Virus record (IMG/VR): IMGVR_UViG_3300046804_003142
Span: 1 to 38,805 of that record
Strand: one strand, 5' to 3'
Source: a virus
Taxonomy: Duplodnaviria > Caudoviricetes
DNA length: 38,805 nucleotides
Below, in pieces: positions 1-7,734 of the stretch. The translations under genes and the position numbers were made by a program. Under the pieces are notes generated by a model. It had not been told where the DNA came from and did no database searches. It saw only the letters and a program-made list of their open reading frames with translations. Numbering within the stretch: the stretch's first letter is position 1; each line of letters starts with the position of its first letter.

Positions 1-226
1 ACACAGACTTCGCCGCAATGCCAAAGATTGACCGGCGCACATCAGCCGGCAAACAACAGGCAGAACTTTTTGCAGCGACGAACGCGGGTAAAACTGTTGT
101 CGATTTCGATGACTTTCAACGGGCGCAACGTGTAGCAGAGGCAGTCCGTTCGCATCATCTCTACAAGGAACTCTTGAAAGGCGCGAGCGTCGAGCAATCG
201 TTCAAGTGGGAGCAACACGGTGTGCC
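1..226. repeat. Terminal direct repeat, left copy (circular assembly overlap)
   Basis: 1-226 matches 38580-38805 except A128 vs G38707 (CAA/CAG, synonymous). Confidence 0.97.
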
Positions 227-602
227 ATGCAAGGCGCGCATGGACGCAATACAGGGATCGACAATCGTTGATCTGAAGACCACGCAGGACGCTTCGCCTG
301 ATGGATTTGCGAAAACACTTGCGGGGTTAAAGTATTACGTTCAGGCCGCGCATTATCTCGATGGGTATATGCACACCACTGACTTCGAAGCGAAAGACTT
401 CATCTTCATCGCAGTGGAGACAGAAGCACCGTACGCCATTGGCGTATACAATCTCGATATGGTCGCGCTTAAAGCAGGTCGCCATCAGATGGCTCTTGCC
501 GCAGAAGCGTATAAGGCAACGAAATCAGCGACAGCGTGGAAGGGCTATTCGCCGCAGATAGAGACGCTTTCAGTGCCATCATGGATACAGAACTATGGAT
601 AA
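1..602 (+). CDS. PD-(D/E)xK exonuclease, RecE/exonuclease VIII-like (DUF3799), 3' part; true start at 38387 across the join (about 264 aa)
   Basis: Motifs E-QSF, CKARMD, IVDLKTT, YYVQAAHY and FIFIAVE-PY. The frame is continuous with the ORF starting at 38387. Confidence 0.88.
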   Translation, partial: TDFAAMPKIDRRTSAGKQQAELFAATNAGKTVVDFDDFQRAQRVAEAVRSHHLYKELLKGASVEQSFKWEQHGVPCKARMDAIQGSTIVDLKTTQDASPDGFAKTLAGLKYYVQAAHYLDGYMHTTDFEAKDFIFIAVETEAPYAIGVYNLDMVALKAGRHQMALAAEAYKATKSATAWKGYSPQIETLSVPSWIQNYG

Positions 603-801
603 GATCATCGATGAGCTGGACCAAGCTCGTGTTACAGCAGGCATGTCGCAGCGCGAGTTATCGGTCAGAGCAGGGCTGACACCGACGCACTGGTGGCAGA
701 TCTCTCGCAGAACAAGATCAGCGGAGTTCTGCACACTTGAACGCATAGCGAATGCTCTTGGCTATGCGATCGTGGTGATACCAGTGCCGGTGCAAGAATG
801 A
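595..801 (+). CDS. XRE/Cro-family helix-turn-helix protein
   Basis: RVTAGMSQRELSVRAGL...TLERIANALG fits the HTH_3 pattern; the gene overlaps both neighbours. Confidence 0.85.
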   Translation: MDKIIDELDQARVTAGMSQRELSVRAGLTPTHWWQISRRTRSAEFCTLERIANALGYAIVVIPVPVQE

Positions 802-1271
802 AGATCTGCGGCATCGACCCCGGTGCGAGCGGAGCCATCGCGGTCATCGACATCGAGCGCGGGTATATCTCAGTGATAGATATGCCGACGCACGCAATCG
901 AGCGCAACGGAAAGAAGAAAACCGAGATCGCAGCGCAACTCGTTGCACGGCATCTCGAAGAGCTTCAACCGGATCACGTTTGGCTTGAACGCGTCGGGGC
1001 CATGCCGGGTCAGGGTGTCTCAAGCATGTTCCAGTTTGGCAGATCAGTCGGGACAATCGAAGGAATCATCGCCGCGTTACGCTTGCCAATCTCTTATGTC
1101 ACACCGCAGAAGTGGCAGAAGGCATCTGGAATGCGTGCAGGCAAAGACGGATCACGGCAACGCGCGCAGGAACTCTTCCCAGCTTTTGCCCAACACTTTT
1201 CACGGGTGAAGGACAACGGACGAAGCGATGCCGCGCTCATCGCGTGGTACGGCGCAACACAAGATCCCTAG
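798..1271 (+). CDS. RuvC-like Holliday junction resolvase
   Basis: N-terminal ICGIDPG, a central WLERV glutamate, VTPQKW, and C-terminal DNGRSDAALIA acidic residues. Confidence 0.85.
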   Translation: MKICGIDPGASGAIAVIDIERGYISVIDMPTHAIERNGKKKTEIAAQLVARHLEELQPDHVWLERVGAMPGQGVSSMFQFGRSVGTIEGIIAALRLPISYVTPQKWQKASGMRAGKDGSRQRAQELFPAFAQHFSRVKDNGRSDAALIAWYGATQDP

Positions 1272-1341
1272 TGAGAGAGGGAACCACTCTCATCCGCATA
1301 AGGTCACGGTCTGACCTATCAGTAACTCTGAAGGAGTAATT

Positions 1342-1890
1342 ATGTTGAGCTTTCCACAGCAAGCATCAGGTAAACCGTGGGCGCGTCTCGACGCACGCAC
1401 AGGCATTCTCTTTGTCTCGTCAGCGGATGGTGAAAAGTCTGCCGTAGACATGAAGGGGAAAGTATTCGGTCTCGACATCGCTAACGCAAAGCAGGGCTGG
1501 TTGATGGTCGGCGCTGCCGGTGTCGATTGGCAAGAGGTCAACGGTGCATGGGGCAACCCGCCATCTCCAGACCATAAGCCGGGTGTCGATGTAACGATCT
1601 ACTCAAAGGACGCGTCATTCGGAGATGCGCCATTCCGTAGCGCAAGGGGCAACTCGCGCGCATGGACCCAATTCGTCGCAGATGTCGCGAAGAAAGCAGG
1701 AGCAATCCCTGCGGGTAAACTCGCAACGCTGAAAGTAGATGCCGTGAAGACCATTAAGGTTGGTCAAGGCACATCAGTCCAGATCGACTTCACTCTCGCA
1801 CCGAAAGAGAAGTGGTATGCGGCAGAAGAAGCAAGCGCAGCTCCTGCACCGGCACCTGACACGTCGAGCGATGACTCAGACGAGTTCTAA
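1342..1890 (+). CDS. Hypothetical protein, putative ssDNA-binding protein
   Basis: Strong RBS (AAGGAG). Beta-rich core, Ala/Pro linker and an acidic tail ending DDSDEF. Lies between the resolvase and the primase-helicase. Confidence 0.55.
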   Translation: MLSFPQQASGKPWARLDARTGILFVSSADGEKSAVDMKGKVFGLDIANAKQGWLMVGAAGVDWQEVNGAWGNPPSPDHKPGVDVTIYSKDASFGDAPFRSARGNSRAWTQFVADVAKKAGAIPAGKLATLKVDAVKTIKVGQGTSVQIDFTLAPKEKWYAAEEASAAPAPAPDTSSDDSDEF

Positions 1891-1892
1891 GT

Positions 1893-1935
1893 AAAAAGAA
1901 CCCCCGTACCGGCATCCGAAGCCAGTGCGGGGGTT
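1893..1935. terminator. GC-rich hairpin preceded by an A-tract (minus-strand or bidirectional terminator-like)
   Basis: AAAAAG-AACCCCCGTACCGGC...GCCAGTGCGGGGGTT imperfect stem right after the stop at 1890. Confidence 0.5.
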
Positions 1936-1984
1936 AAGTCTTGGGAGGAACCTTCAGGGCAATCCCTAACCAACGGAGTTCGTT

Positions 1985-4225
1985 GTGAGCGAAACACTAC
2001 AAGAAACAAAAGAGATGGGCAACAGCGCAACCTACGAGATGTCTCTCGCCTTTGCAGCGGCTGGCTTCAGAGACACAGATCTCAAGCCACGCGTGTACAC
2101 ACTCGCTGCACTCAGTGACAGATTAAAGCATGTGCGTGTTGGCCCAAAGGACGGGTCATACCTAATCCGTGGGGGCAATCTCTCGATCTGCAAGCGGGCT
2201 GACGAGAACCTGCAATCAGCGGAACTGATCATCCTCGACGGCGACTCGTCAATCGATCCAGAGACAGGCGAGATCCTCACCGGCGCACCGTCATTCCATG
2301 CCGTACACGACGCGCTGAAGGACATGAACATCGCGCACATCATGCATACGAGCCACAGCAATCGGGGGTCTGATGGCGTGGTCTCGTTCTGGAAATACAG
2401 AATCCTGATCCCGTGCAAGATGCAGTCGCAAGAAGAACTGACCGCTGCTGTCGATTACTTTATCGCGGAGCTGCATAAGCGCCAGATCTGGATGAACTGC
2501 GTCAACGAGAATTACCGCTGGTCACAGCCGTGGTTTCTCCCACGCGTCAGCAAGGACGAGGAGAAGGAACGCTTTGTCCATCGCGATCACCTCGACGGCA
2601 AGATCTTCAGCATTGACACAGCGATCTCTTGGCAGCGCCAGACAGAGCAACAGAATCAGATCATCGATCAGATCAAGCATACGCCTGTAGCACTGCCGAC
2701 GCAGAACAGCACCACGATCTCGCAATTCAATGAGCAGCACGGTCTCGAATGGATGCGAGCGCAACTTGCATCGATGGGCTATCGCTTCAGCCATTACGAT
2801 AAGCGGAACGACGCATACCGATACCTTGCGCCGACGAGCGAGACCGGCACACCAGGAGTGATGCTGTTCAAGGGAAGCCGAGGCGACTGGGTGACCTACT
2901 CGCATCACGGCGCGCATGATCCCCTATCTCAGAAAGTGGTGGACCCGTTCGCTTTATACGCGATAGCAAATTTTTCTGGGGATAACTCTGCCGCAATCCG
3001 GTCGATACAGCCACGCGAAAAGAGCATTACAGAGCAGCTCTCAGAGATCCGTAGTCACCAGTTAGACACAGTGGCAGCAACACAGCAAAGCGTTTCCGGT
3101 AACGCTGATACGCCATCTCCCGCGCCAAAAAAGCGCATCGAGATTCTCCGCATGGATGAGCTGAAGGATGAAGCAGTCCAGTGGCTCATCGAGGATCTTG
3201 TGCCAGCAAAAGCATTCGCGGCGATCTACGGGAAGCCCGGCAGCTTCAAGTCATTCGTCGCCATATATCTCAGCCAGATGATCGCAGCCGGTCAGCCAGC
3301 ATTCGGGAAGCCGACCGCGCAAGGGACATGCCTATACATTGCAGGGGAAGGCCAAGCAGGGCTGAAGAAACGGTCTGACGCGTCGCGTATAACCCATGAG
3401 ATAGAGCCGTCTGTGCCTCTCTATTTCATCAAGCGAAGCCTGAACCTCAGCTCGACGCTGGAAGACATGCAGGAGCTCATCAAGGAGATCAGGGAGCTCG
3501 GTATCGCGCCATCCCTCATAGTCATAGATACGCTAGCTCGGAACTTCGTCGGGGACGAGAACAGCTCATCAGACATGAGCCAATTCATATCTGTCATCGG
3601 TGAGCTCATAGCACAGCTCAGTTGCTCGGTGCTCGTGGTCCACCATGCCGGTAAGGACGAGTCGAAGGGTATGCGTGGCTCGTCAGCGCTGCTCGGTGCA
3701 GTGGACGCAGAACTCGAATGCGTGCGCACATCAGACGAGGAAGACAGGGAGCACCTCACTGGAAAACTGACCACGACAAAGCAGAAGGAAAGCGAAGACG
3801 GGATCGAGTTCCACTTCGAAATGGTCAAGGTTCTCACCGACCCAGTCGACCCGAACATCGTATCACTAGGGCTTAGACCCAGTGAGAAACAGCACAGCAA
3901 AAGGAAGCAGAAAAAGCAGCTCACGGAGAGCGAAATTTTCACGCTGGAAGCCTTCGACTTAGCGGTCGCAGAAGTCGGAAAACGCTATGGGATGCCCGGA
4001 ATACCGGTAGATAAACTGTGTATCAGACGCGCTGATTGGTTAGCCTATTTCCGACATTTATGTGCTGGAGACGACAAATTTAGTGAAAGAACGTACCAAA
4101 GAGCGGCTGCGTCGCTCAGTGTGGCAAAAATCATAGCCGCCAAAGGCGACATTTTGTGGAAAACAGAGCAACATCAACATGTTACAGAAAAACCCGACAA
4201 GCCGACATTGCCCGACATGGCGTAG
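1985..4225 (+). CDS. Primase-helicase: AEP/primase-like N-terminus plus RecA-family AAA_25 (RepA-like) helicase
   Basis: N-terminal ILDGD, HTSHS and KYRILIP motifs. Walker A GKPGSFKS, Walker B IVIDT, and VVHHAGK..RGSSAL.GAVD. Confidence 0.85.
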   Translation: MSETLQETKEMGNSATYEMSLAFAAAGFRDTDLKPRVYTLAALSDRLKHVRVGPKDGSYLIRGGNLSICKRADENLQSAELIILDGDSSIDPETGEILTGAPSFHAVHDALKDMNIAHIMHTSHSNRGSDGVVSFWKYRILIPCKMQSQEELTAAVDYFIAELHKRQIWMNCVNENYRWSQPWFLPRVSKDEEKERFVHRDHLDGKIFSIDTAISWQRQTEQQNQIIDQIKHTPVALPTQNSTTISQFNEQHGLEWMRAQLASMGYRFSHYDKRNDAYRYLAPTSETGTPGVMLFKGSRGDWVTYSHHGAHDPLSQKVVDPFALYAIANFSGDNSAAIRSIQPREKSITEQLSEIRSHQLDTVAATQQSVSGNADTPSPAPKKRIEILRMDELKDEAVQWLIEDLVPAKAFAAIYGKPGSFKSFVAIYLSQMIAAGQPAFGKPTAQGTCLYIAGEGQAGLKKRSDASRITHEIEPSVPLYFIKRSLNLSSTLEDMQELIKEIRELGIAPSLIVIDTLARNFVGDENSSSDMSQFISVIGELIAQLSCSVLVVHHAGKDESKGMRGSSALLGAVDAELECVRTSDEEDREHLTGKLTTTKQKESEDGIEFHFEMVKVLTDPVDPNIVSLGLRPSEKQHSKRKQKKQLTESEIFTLEAFDLAVAEVGKRYGMPGIPVDKLCIRRADWLAYFRHLCAGDDKFSERTYQRAAASLSVAKIIAAKGDILWKTEQHQHVTEKPDKPTLPDMA

Positions 4226-4325
4226 TATGTCGCTTCTGGACACGACACGAGGCGACATGTCGGGTGGGGTATACCCCTTTAGGGGTATCCCACAATGTCG
4301 CTTCGGGTGTCGGCTGGTTCTGTCG
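4147..4325. other. Putative replication origin: CGACA/TGTCG iterons around a central palindrome
   Basis: CGACA at 4147, 4195, 4203, 4213, 4243, 4253. TGTCG at 4228, 4258, 4296, 4308, 4321. Central GGGGTATACCCC (4266-4277) overlaps ATACCCCT-TT-AGGGGTAT (4271-4288). Confidence 0.6.
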
Positions 4326-4381
4326 GTGTAAGTTTGAGACTAAGTTGCAGATTGTGAGTTGCGGGTCAGAGGAGAGAGACG

Positions 4382-4684
4382 ATGAGCAATATCGGGGGCG
4401 GTGACGGCGATTCTGGTGAGCGTCCCGTGATCCAGTTGTACCAGTTGGTGATGCGTGAAGAGGATACCCAGTTGCAGCAGAAAAAAGGGTGCTGCGAGCG
4501 TTGTCTCTTTTGGGTGGAGTTTAACGAGAACACCAATTCTGAGCCTGAAGGCGAGTGCCACAGACTGCCGCCGCAAGTCACCGCGACGGGAACGGTCAGG
4601 GAGCAGCACTACGGATGCAGTTGGCCCATTACCGGCGCGGCTGACTGGTGCGGGGAGTTCGATGAAGCGGTGAGGATGAACTGA
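4382..4684 (+). CDS. Hypothetical Cys-rich metal-binding protein
   Basis: RBS GAGGAG; CERC...GECHRLPP...WP...WCGEF; stop overlaps the next start. Confidence 0.7.
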   Translation: MSNIGGGDGDSGERPVIQLYQLVMREEDTQLQQKKGCCERCLFWVEFNENTNSEPEGECHRLPPQVTATGTVREQHYGCSWPITGAADWCGEFDEAVRMN

Positions 4685-5259
4685 TGGCAAGACGAGTTGC
4701 AGAGATCGATAGCCCGAACGAGATGATCGTCTGGGAGATGCGTCAAAGGCAGGTTGACGCGGCACTGGCTCCTCTCGACCGATTGGCGCGGGAGATGGAA
4801 GGCGCTTGGGGTTACCGTCGTCTCCAGTCGCTGGCCTCACCGGATCTCGCGGTGAAGTTCGAGTCAGCGCGTCAGAAGCTCGATGAGGCGATCAAGGCGC
4901 AGGACGCTGACGCTGTAGCCAAGCGCGCCGAGATCCTCATGCGGGGATGGCAGGCACTCGCTAAGGCAGCAGGGGAGCAGGGACACGCACCGCTCGGTGA
5001 GGGCATCTGGCAGGCCAAGAGCGGCGGGAGAACCTACACGGTGGTCCTCGTCAGGGAAGACGCAGATGCGCCAGCCTTGAGTGCCACAGAGCCAGACACG
5101 GTGGTGAGCGTCGAGGAGCTTCTGGTCTGCTGGCGCAATCGCTACGAGAGCACCGGCGTGGCAAAGGCCAAGGATGCGCTTCCTGGGGCGAGCGTGGTTG
5201 ATGAGCGGCCTCGGACGGGGAAGGCGTTGCCGCGTGGTGGGGATGAGTTGCCGTTCTAG
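4684..5259 (+). CDS. Hypothetical phage protein with an SSB-like C-terminus (GGDELPF)
   Basis: 191-aa ORF coupled to the upstream gene (TGATG); last gene of the replication operon. Confidence 0.8.
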   Translation: MARRVAEIDSPNEMIVWEMRQRQVDAALAPLDRLAREMEGAWGYRRLQSLASPDLAVKFESARQKLDEAIKAQDADAVAKRAEILMRGWQALAKAAGEQGHAPLGEGIWQAKSGGRTYTVVLVREDADAPALSATEPDTVVSVEELLVCWRNRYESTGVAKAKDALPGASVVDERPRTGKALPRGGDELPF

Positions 5260-5489
5260 GATGGCGTTTCTCGGCACAGCGGTAGGGCTACAGCGGCTTC
5301 GGCGATAGTGCAAGCTAGGGTAGTAGCTGAGAGCATAAGAAAGCCGCTGACGGGCTTCTAAATCGATACCGGGGTGCCGATCGCTTAAAAGCAAAACCAA
5401 TTCGAAATTCCGGCAAATTTCCAGTTAAGTCAGATTGCAAAATGGTTTTGCGAAAACGAGTTTCGTTTTTCTGGACCTCTGGCGCGTGT

Positions 5490-5519
5490 GTCAAAATCTT
5501 GACGCGTCAAATTTTTGAC
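5490..5519. promoter_or_regulatory. Tandem palindromic operator-like sites, GTCAA-N4-TTGAC x2
   Basis: GTCAAAATCTTGAC (5490-5503), GC, GTCAAATTTTTGAC (5506-5519). The whole 30-mer is also near-palindromic around GACGCGTC. Confidence 0.55.
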
Positions 5520-5527
5520 GGTCATGG

Positions 5528-5567
5528 TGCACCGCAATAGCTGCACCGCAATAGCTGCACCGCACAA
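5528..5567. repeat. 14-bp tandem repeat TGCACCGCAATAGC, about 2.6 copies
   Basis: Exact copies at 5528-5541 and 5542-5555, then TGCACCGCACAA at 5556-5567. Confidence 0.9.
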
Positions 5568-5718
5568 GCGCGCGCCGTCGCGTCATCGGACAAGCCGGCA
5601 TGGTCGCTGAATCAGGCAAGCCGCCGCAAGCGCATGACGCGTGATAGCATTGGATAGGGTGCGACTAATGGTCGCGCGGTGTTACGGCGGCGGGCGGGCG
5701 CGAGTCATGGCAAGCCTC

Positions 5719-5753
5719 AAAAAGGAAAAGCGCAACCGTGTCCGATCGCGCTT
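5719..5753 (-). terminator. Rho-independent terminator of the minus-strand cassette
   Basis: Minus strand reads AAGCGCGATCG-GACA-CGGTTGCGCTT-TTCCTTTTT, 30 nt after the stop at 5784. Confidence 0.75.
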
Positions 5754-5783
5754 AGGGATTAGGGGGAAGGCATGGGGGAAGGG

Positions 5784-6029
5784 TTACTCGATGACAAGCC
5801 GAATCTTGTGCAAATTGCAATACCCGACCACGGCGAAAAATTTCAGCTCGCTCAATCTCCAAGAGTTAACTTTCACCGTTTTAGTGTCGGGACAATAGGC
5901 AACCGCATAATCGCCCTTCCTTGCTTGCCACGCGATCTCAGTAGAGTCGGCGTAAGAGACGCTAGACCCTAGAAGATTAGTGATCGCGCTTATGGTGAAA
6001 ACGTGGTCCGTATCGCGTTTCAATTTCAT
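5784..6029 (-). CDS. Hypothetical early protein
   Basis: 81 aa, GGGAG RBS; last gene of a co-oriented cassette ending in a terminator. Confidence 0.7.
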   Translation of the reverse strand: MKLKRDTDHVFTISAITNLLGSSVSYADSTEIAWQARKGDYAVAYCPDTKTVKVNSWRLSELKFFAVVGYCNLHKIRLVIE

Positions 6030-6066
6030 GGTGTTTCGTGCTCCCGTTTTTCCGTGAATCAGGCAC

Positions 6067-6333
6067 TCAGAATCCGTGCGAATTTACCCCATCGCGCTTC
6101 AGCCGAAGCGCCTCTCTTCTCGAGACACGTCTATGTGAGCGTGCACCAAATCCGGGGCCGCTATCGAAAAGCGCGTCGCAGATATCGTTAACCGTTGAGC
6201 ACGCCTTGATTTGGAAATAGCGGTCCGACCGGTCCAGCCATTGCTTAGCCATGCGCGAAAAATCGTCGCGCGAATCATAAGCGTGAACGTGTCGCACGCC
6301 GCGCCCGTGGATATCAGTTTCAATGTAAATCAT
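6067..6333 (-). CDS. Hypothetical early protein
   Basis: 88 aa, with RBS GGGAG 6 nt before the ATG. Confidence 0.7.
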   Translation of the reverse strand: MIYIETDIHGRGVRHVHAYDSRDDFSRMAKQWLDRSDRYFQIKACSTVNDICDALFDSGPGFGARSHRRVSRREALRLKRDGVNSHGF

Positions 6334-6378
6334 AAAAGTCTCCCGTTATTCTGTTTCGATTAACCGACTGGCAATCGT

Positions 6379-6402
6379 GAAACCCGCGCCTTGCGACGCG
6401 GG
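6379..6402 (-). terminator. Intergenic hairpin (weak terminator or processing site)
   Basis: Minus strand CCCGCGTC-GCAA-GGCGCGGG-TTTC; GNRA loop with a short U-tail. Confidence 0.4.
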
Positions 6403-6413
6403 AGACAAGAGTG

Positions 6414-6692
6414 TCAGGCTGCGATAATCAGATCACACATTTCCTTGTGAGTGTCGCGAATCACCGGATTACCAGCGTCAAAAAGTCTGCGCGCTGCGCT
6501 CTGCCTGATAGTGTCAGCGATTGTGAAAACCCGCATTGCGCCCGGTCTTGTCTCATACAGTTGCGGATCGCCTGGCAGCCGATAGTGCTTGACTATCCCT
6601 TTTTCAGTTTTGGCAGCCTTAGCAATTCGCCACCCGCCTTGTTTCAGGTCTACAAAAACAACAATAGCGTCACCGCGTTTCGCTTTTGACAT
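6414..6692 (-). CDS. Hypothetical early protein
   Basis: 92 aa with RBS GGAG upstream; part of the cassette. Confidence 0.7.
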   Translation of the reverse strand: MSKAKRGDAIVVFVDLKQGGWRIAKAAKTEKGIVKHYRLPGDPQLYETRPGAMRVFTIADTIRQSAARRLFDAGNPVIRDTHKEMCDLIIAA

Positions 6693-6693
6693 T

Positions 6694-6786
6694 TCAATTT
6701 ACTCCGATTGCGAAAACAAAAATTGCCAATAGAAACAGCGCAAGTGCTGCCAATTCAAAAATATCCTCCAAAATTGCGCGGATCAT
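6694..6786 (-). CDS. 30-aa single-pass membrane peptide (not in the ORF track)
   Basis: MIRAILEDIFELAALALFLLAIFVFAIGVN. ATGA overlap with the GP88 stop; ends 1 nt before the next start. Confidence 0.65.
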   Translation of the reverse strand: MIRAILEDIFELAALALFLLAIFVFAIGVN

Positions 6787-7490
6787 AGCACAAACCCAGA
6801 TTTGTCTTTTTTAGCTCGATTGCCCTTAGGCGATAGCGCAACAACTACACCGCGCGGGTCTAAATGTCTTAAATCATGCGTATCGCCGTCAATAACAGGG
6901 AATCCATGCCACGATTCAGGTTTATTGCGGAAAACTACTGCTACATTGCCTCCGGCTGCCAATACCTTAAGGCAATCTGAAAGATTTGTTTCAGAATGTG
7001 AAAAGGTCAGGCAATAGTTGCGGGGAAATTTACCGGCCGCATGCGCAAGCGCGCGCTTCACTGATTTTGTATAATCTGTAAATTGAATTTCGGGGAAGCG
7101 CTCGATTAGGGTTTTCCCTTCCCCGTCTTTGATTGCCTCAAAGGCAAGGTCGGTTGAGCCGTTCGGTCTTACGCATAATTTGACGCCCGCGCGCTGCGCT
7201 TTGCGAATTTCCGCTTTGATTGCGCGGATCATGTCTTTAAAATATGCTGCGCGGTCTTTCATAAACCGGCGCGCTTTTTCAATTCTCGATTGTATAACAG
7301 AAGGATAGTATACGGCTGCGCCTGAATGCTGACCAAGGCAAAGATTGATGCATCCCTTTGACGCGTCACCGCAAAGATTACCGACACCCGCCAGCCGCGC
7401 GGGTGCCATATAATGAATCGCGTTAATCCATCCGAATTCTTTTGCCTTGATTGCCTTTGGATTGTCAGAAGAAAAAATCCGATTTTGCAT
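6783..7490 (-). CDS. GP88-family phage protein (Cys-cluster, possibly Fe-S); probable start 7490 (MQNRIF)
   Basis: NPKAIK..MAPA..NLCGDASKGCINLCLG..VRPNGSTD..QFTDYTK..NYCLTFS..GGNVAVVF..IDGDTHDLRHLD..KG.AKKDKSGFV pattern, recognised by eye. Confidence 0.78.
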   Translation of the reverse strand: MQNRIFSSDNPKAIKAKEFGWINAIHYMAPARLAGVGNLCGDASKGCINLCLGQHSGAAVYYPSVIQSRIEKARRFMKDRAAYFKDMIRAIKAEIRKAQRAGVKLCVRPNGSTDLAFEAIKDGEGKTLIERFPEIQFTDYTKSVKRALAHAAGKFPRNYCLTFSHSETNLSDCLKVLAAGGNVAVVFRNKPESWHGFPVIDGDTHDLRHLDPRGVVVALSPKGNRAKKDKSGFVL

Positions 7491-7527
7491 TTCCGTTTTT
7501 CCGTGTTTCCGTGTTTCAATCAAATGA

Positions 7528-7734
7528 TTATTGCGCGTCAATGATTCGCTGCGTCGGAATGTGCATCCGATACCGCTTGCCGTTCTCGCCCGTCCAAATC
7601 GGGGAAAATTCTGCGCCGGGATGATATTTCGCCCAAAGTTTCGCAGTCTTGCGGGTGCTAAGGGCGGAATAGATTAAGGCTGCGCCGCCGAATGCGAGTG
7701 CGATAACATTGGCTGCGATAATGAGTAAAAGCAT
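7528..7734 (-). CDS. Small membrane-anchored protein, first gene of the early cassette
   Basis: Hydrophobic N-terminal 25 aa followed by a basic segment. Confidence 0.7.
   Translation of the reverse strand: MLLLIIAANVIALAFGGAALIYSALSTRKTAKLWAKYHPGAEFSPIWTGENGKRYRMHIPTQRIIDAQ

Noticed and set aside
1-226. True T7-like physical terminal repeat
   Set aside because: It falls in the middle of the exonuclease ORF; an assembly overlap of a circular map explains it better.
5528-5567. Mini CRISPR array
   Set aside because: The 14-bp units are directly adjacent with no spacers, and there are no cas genes.
5641-5972. Plus-strand ORFs in the non-coding block and early cassette
   Set aside because: They run across a minus-strand terminator and gene, show no recognisable motifs and look low in information.
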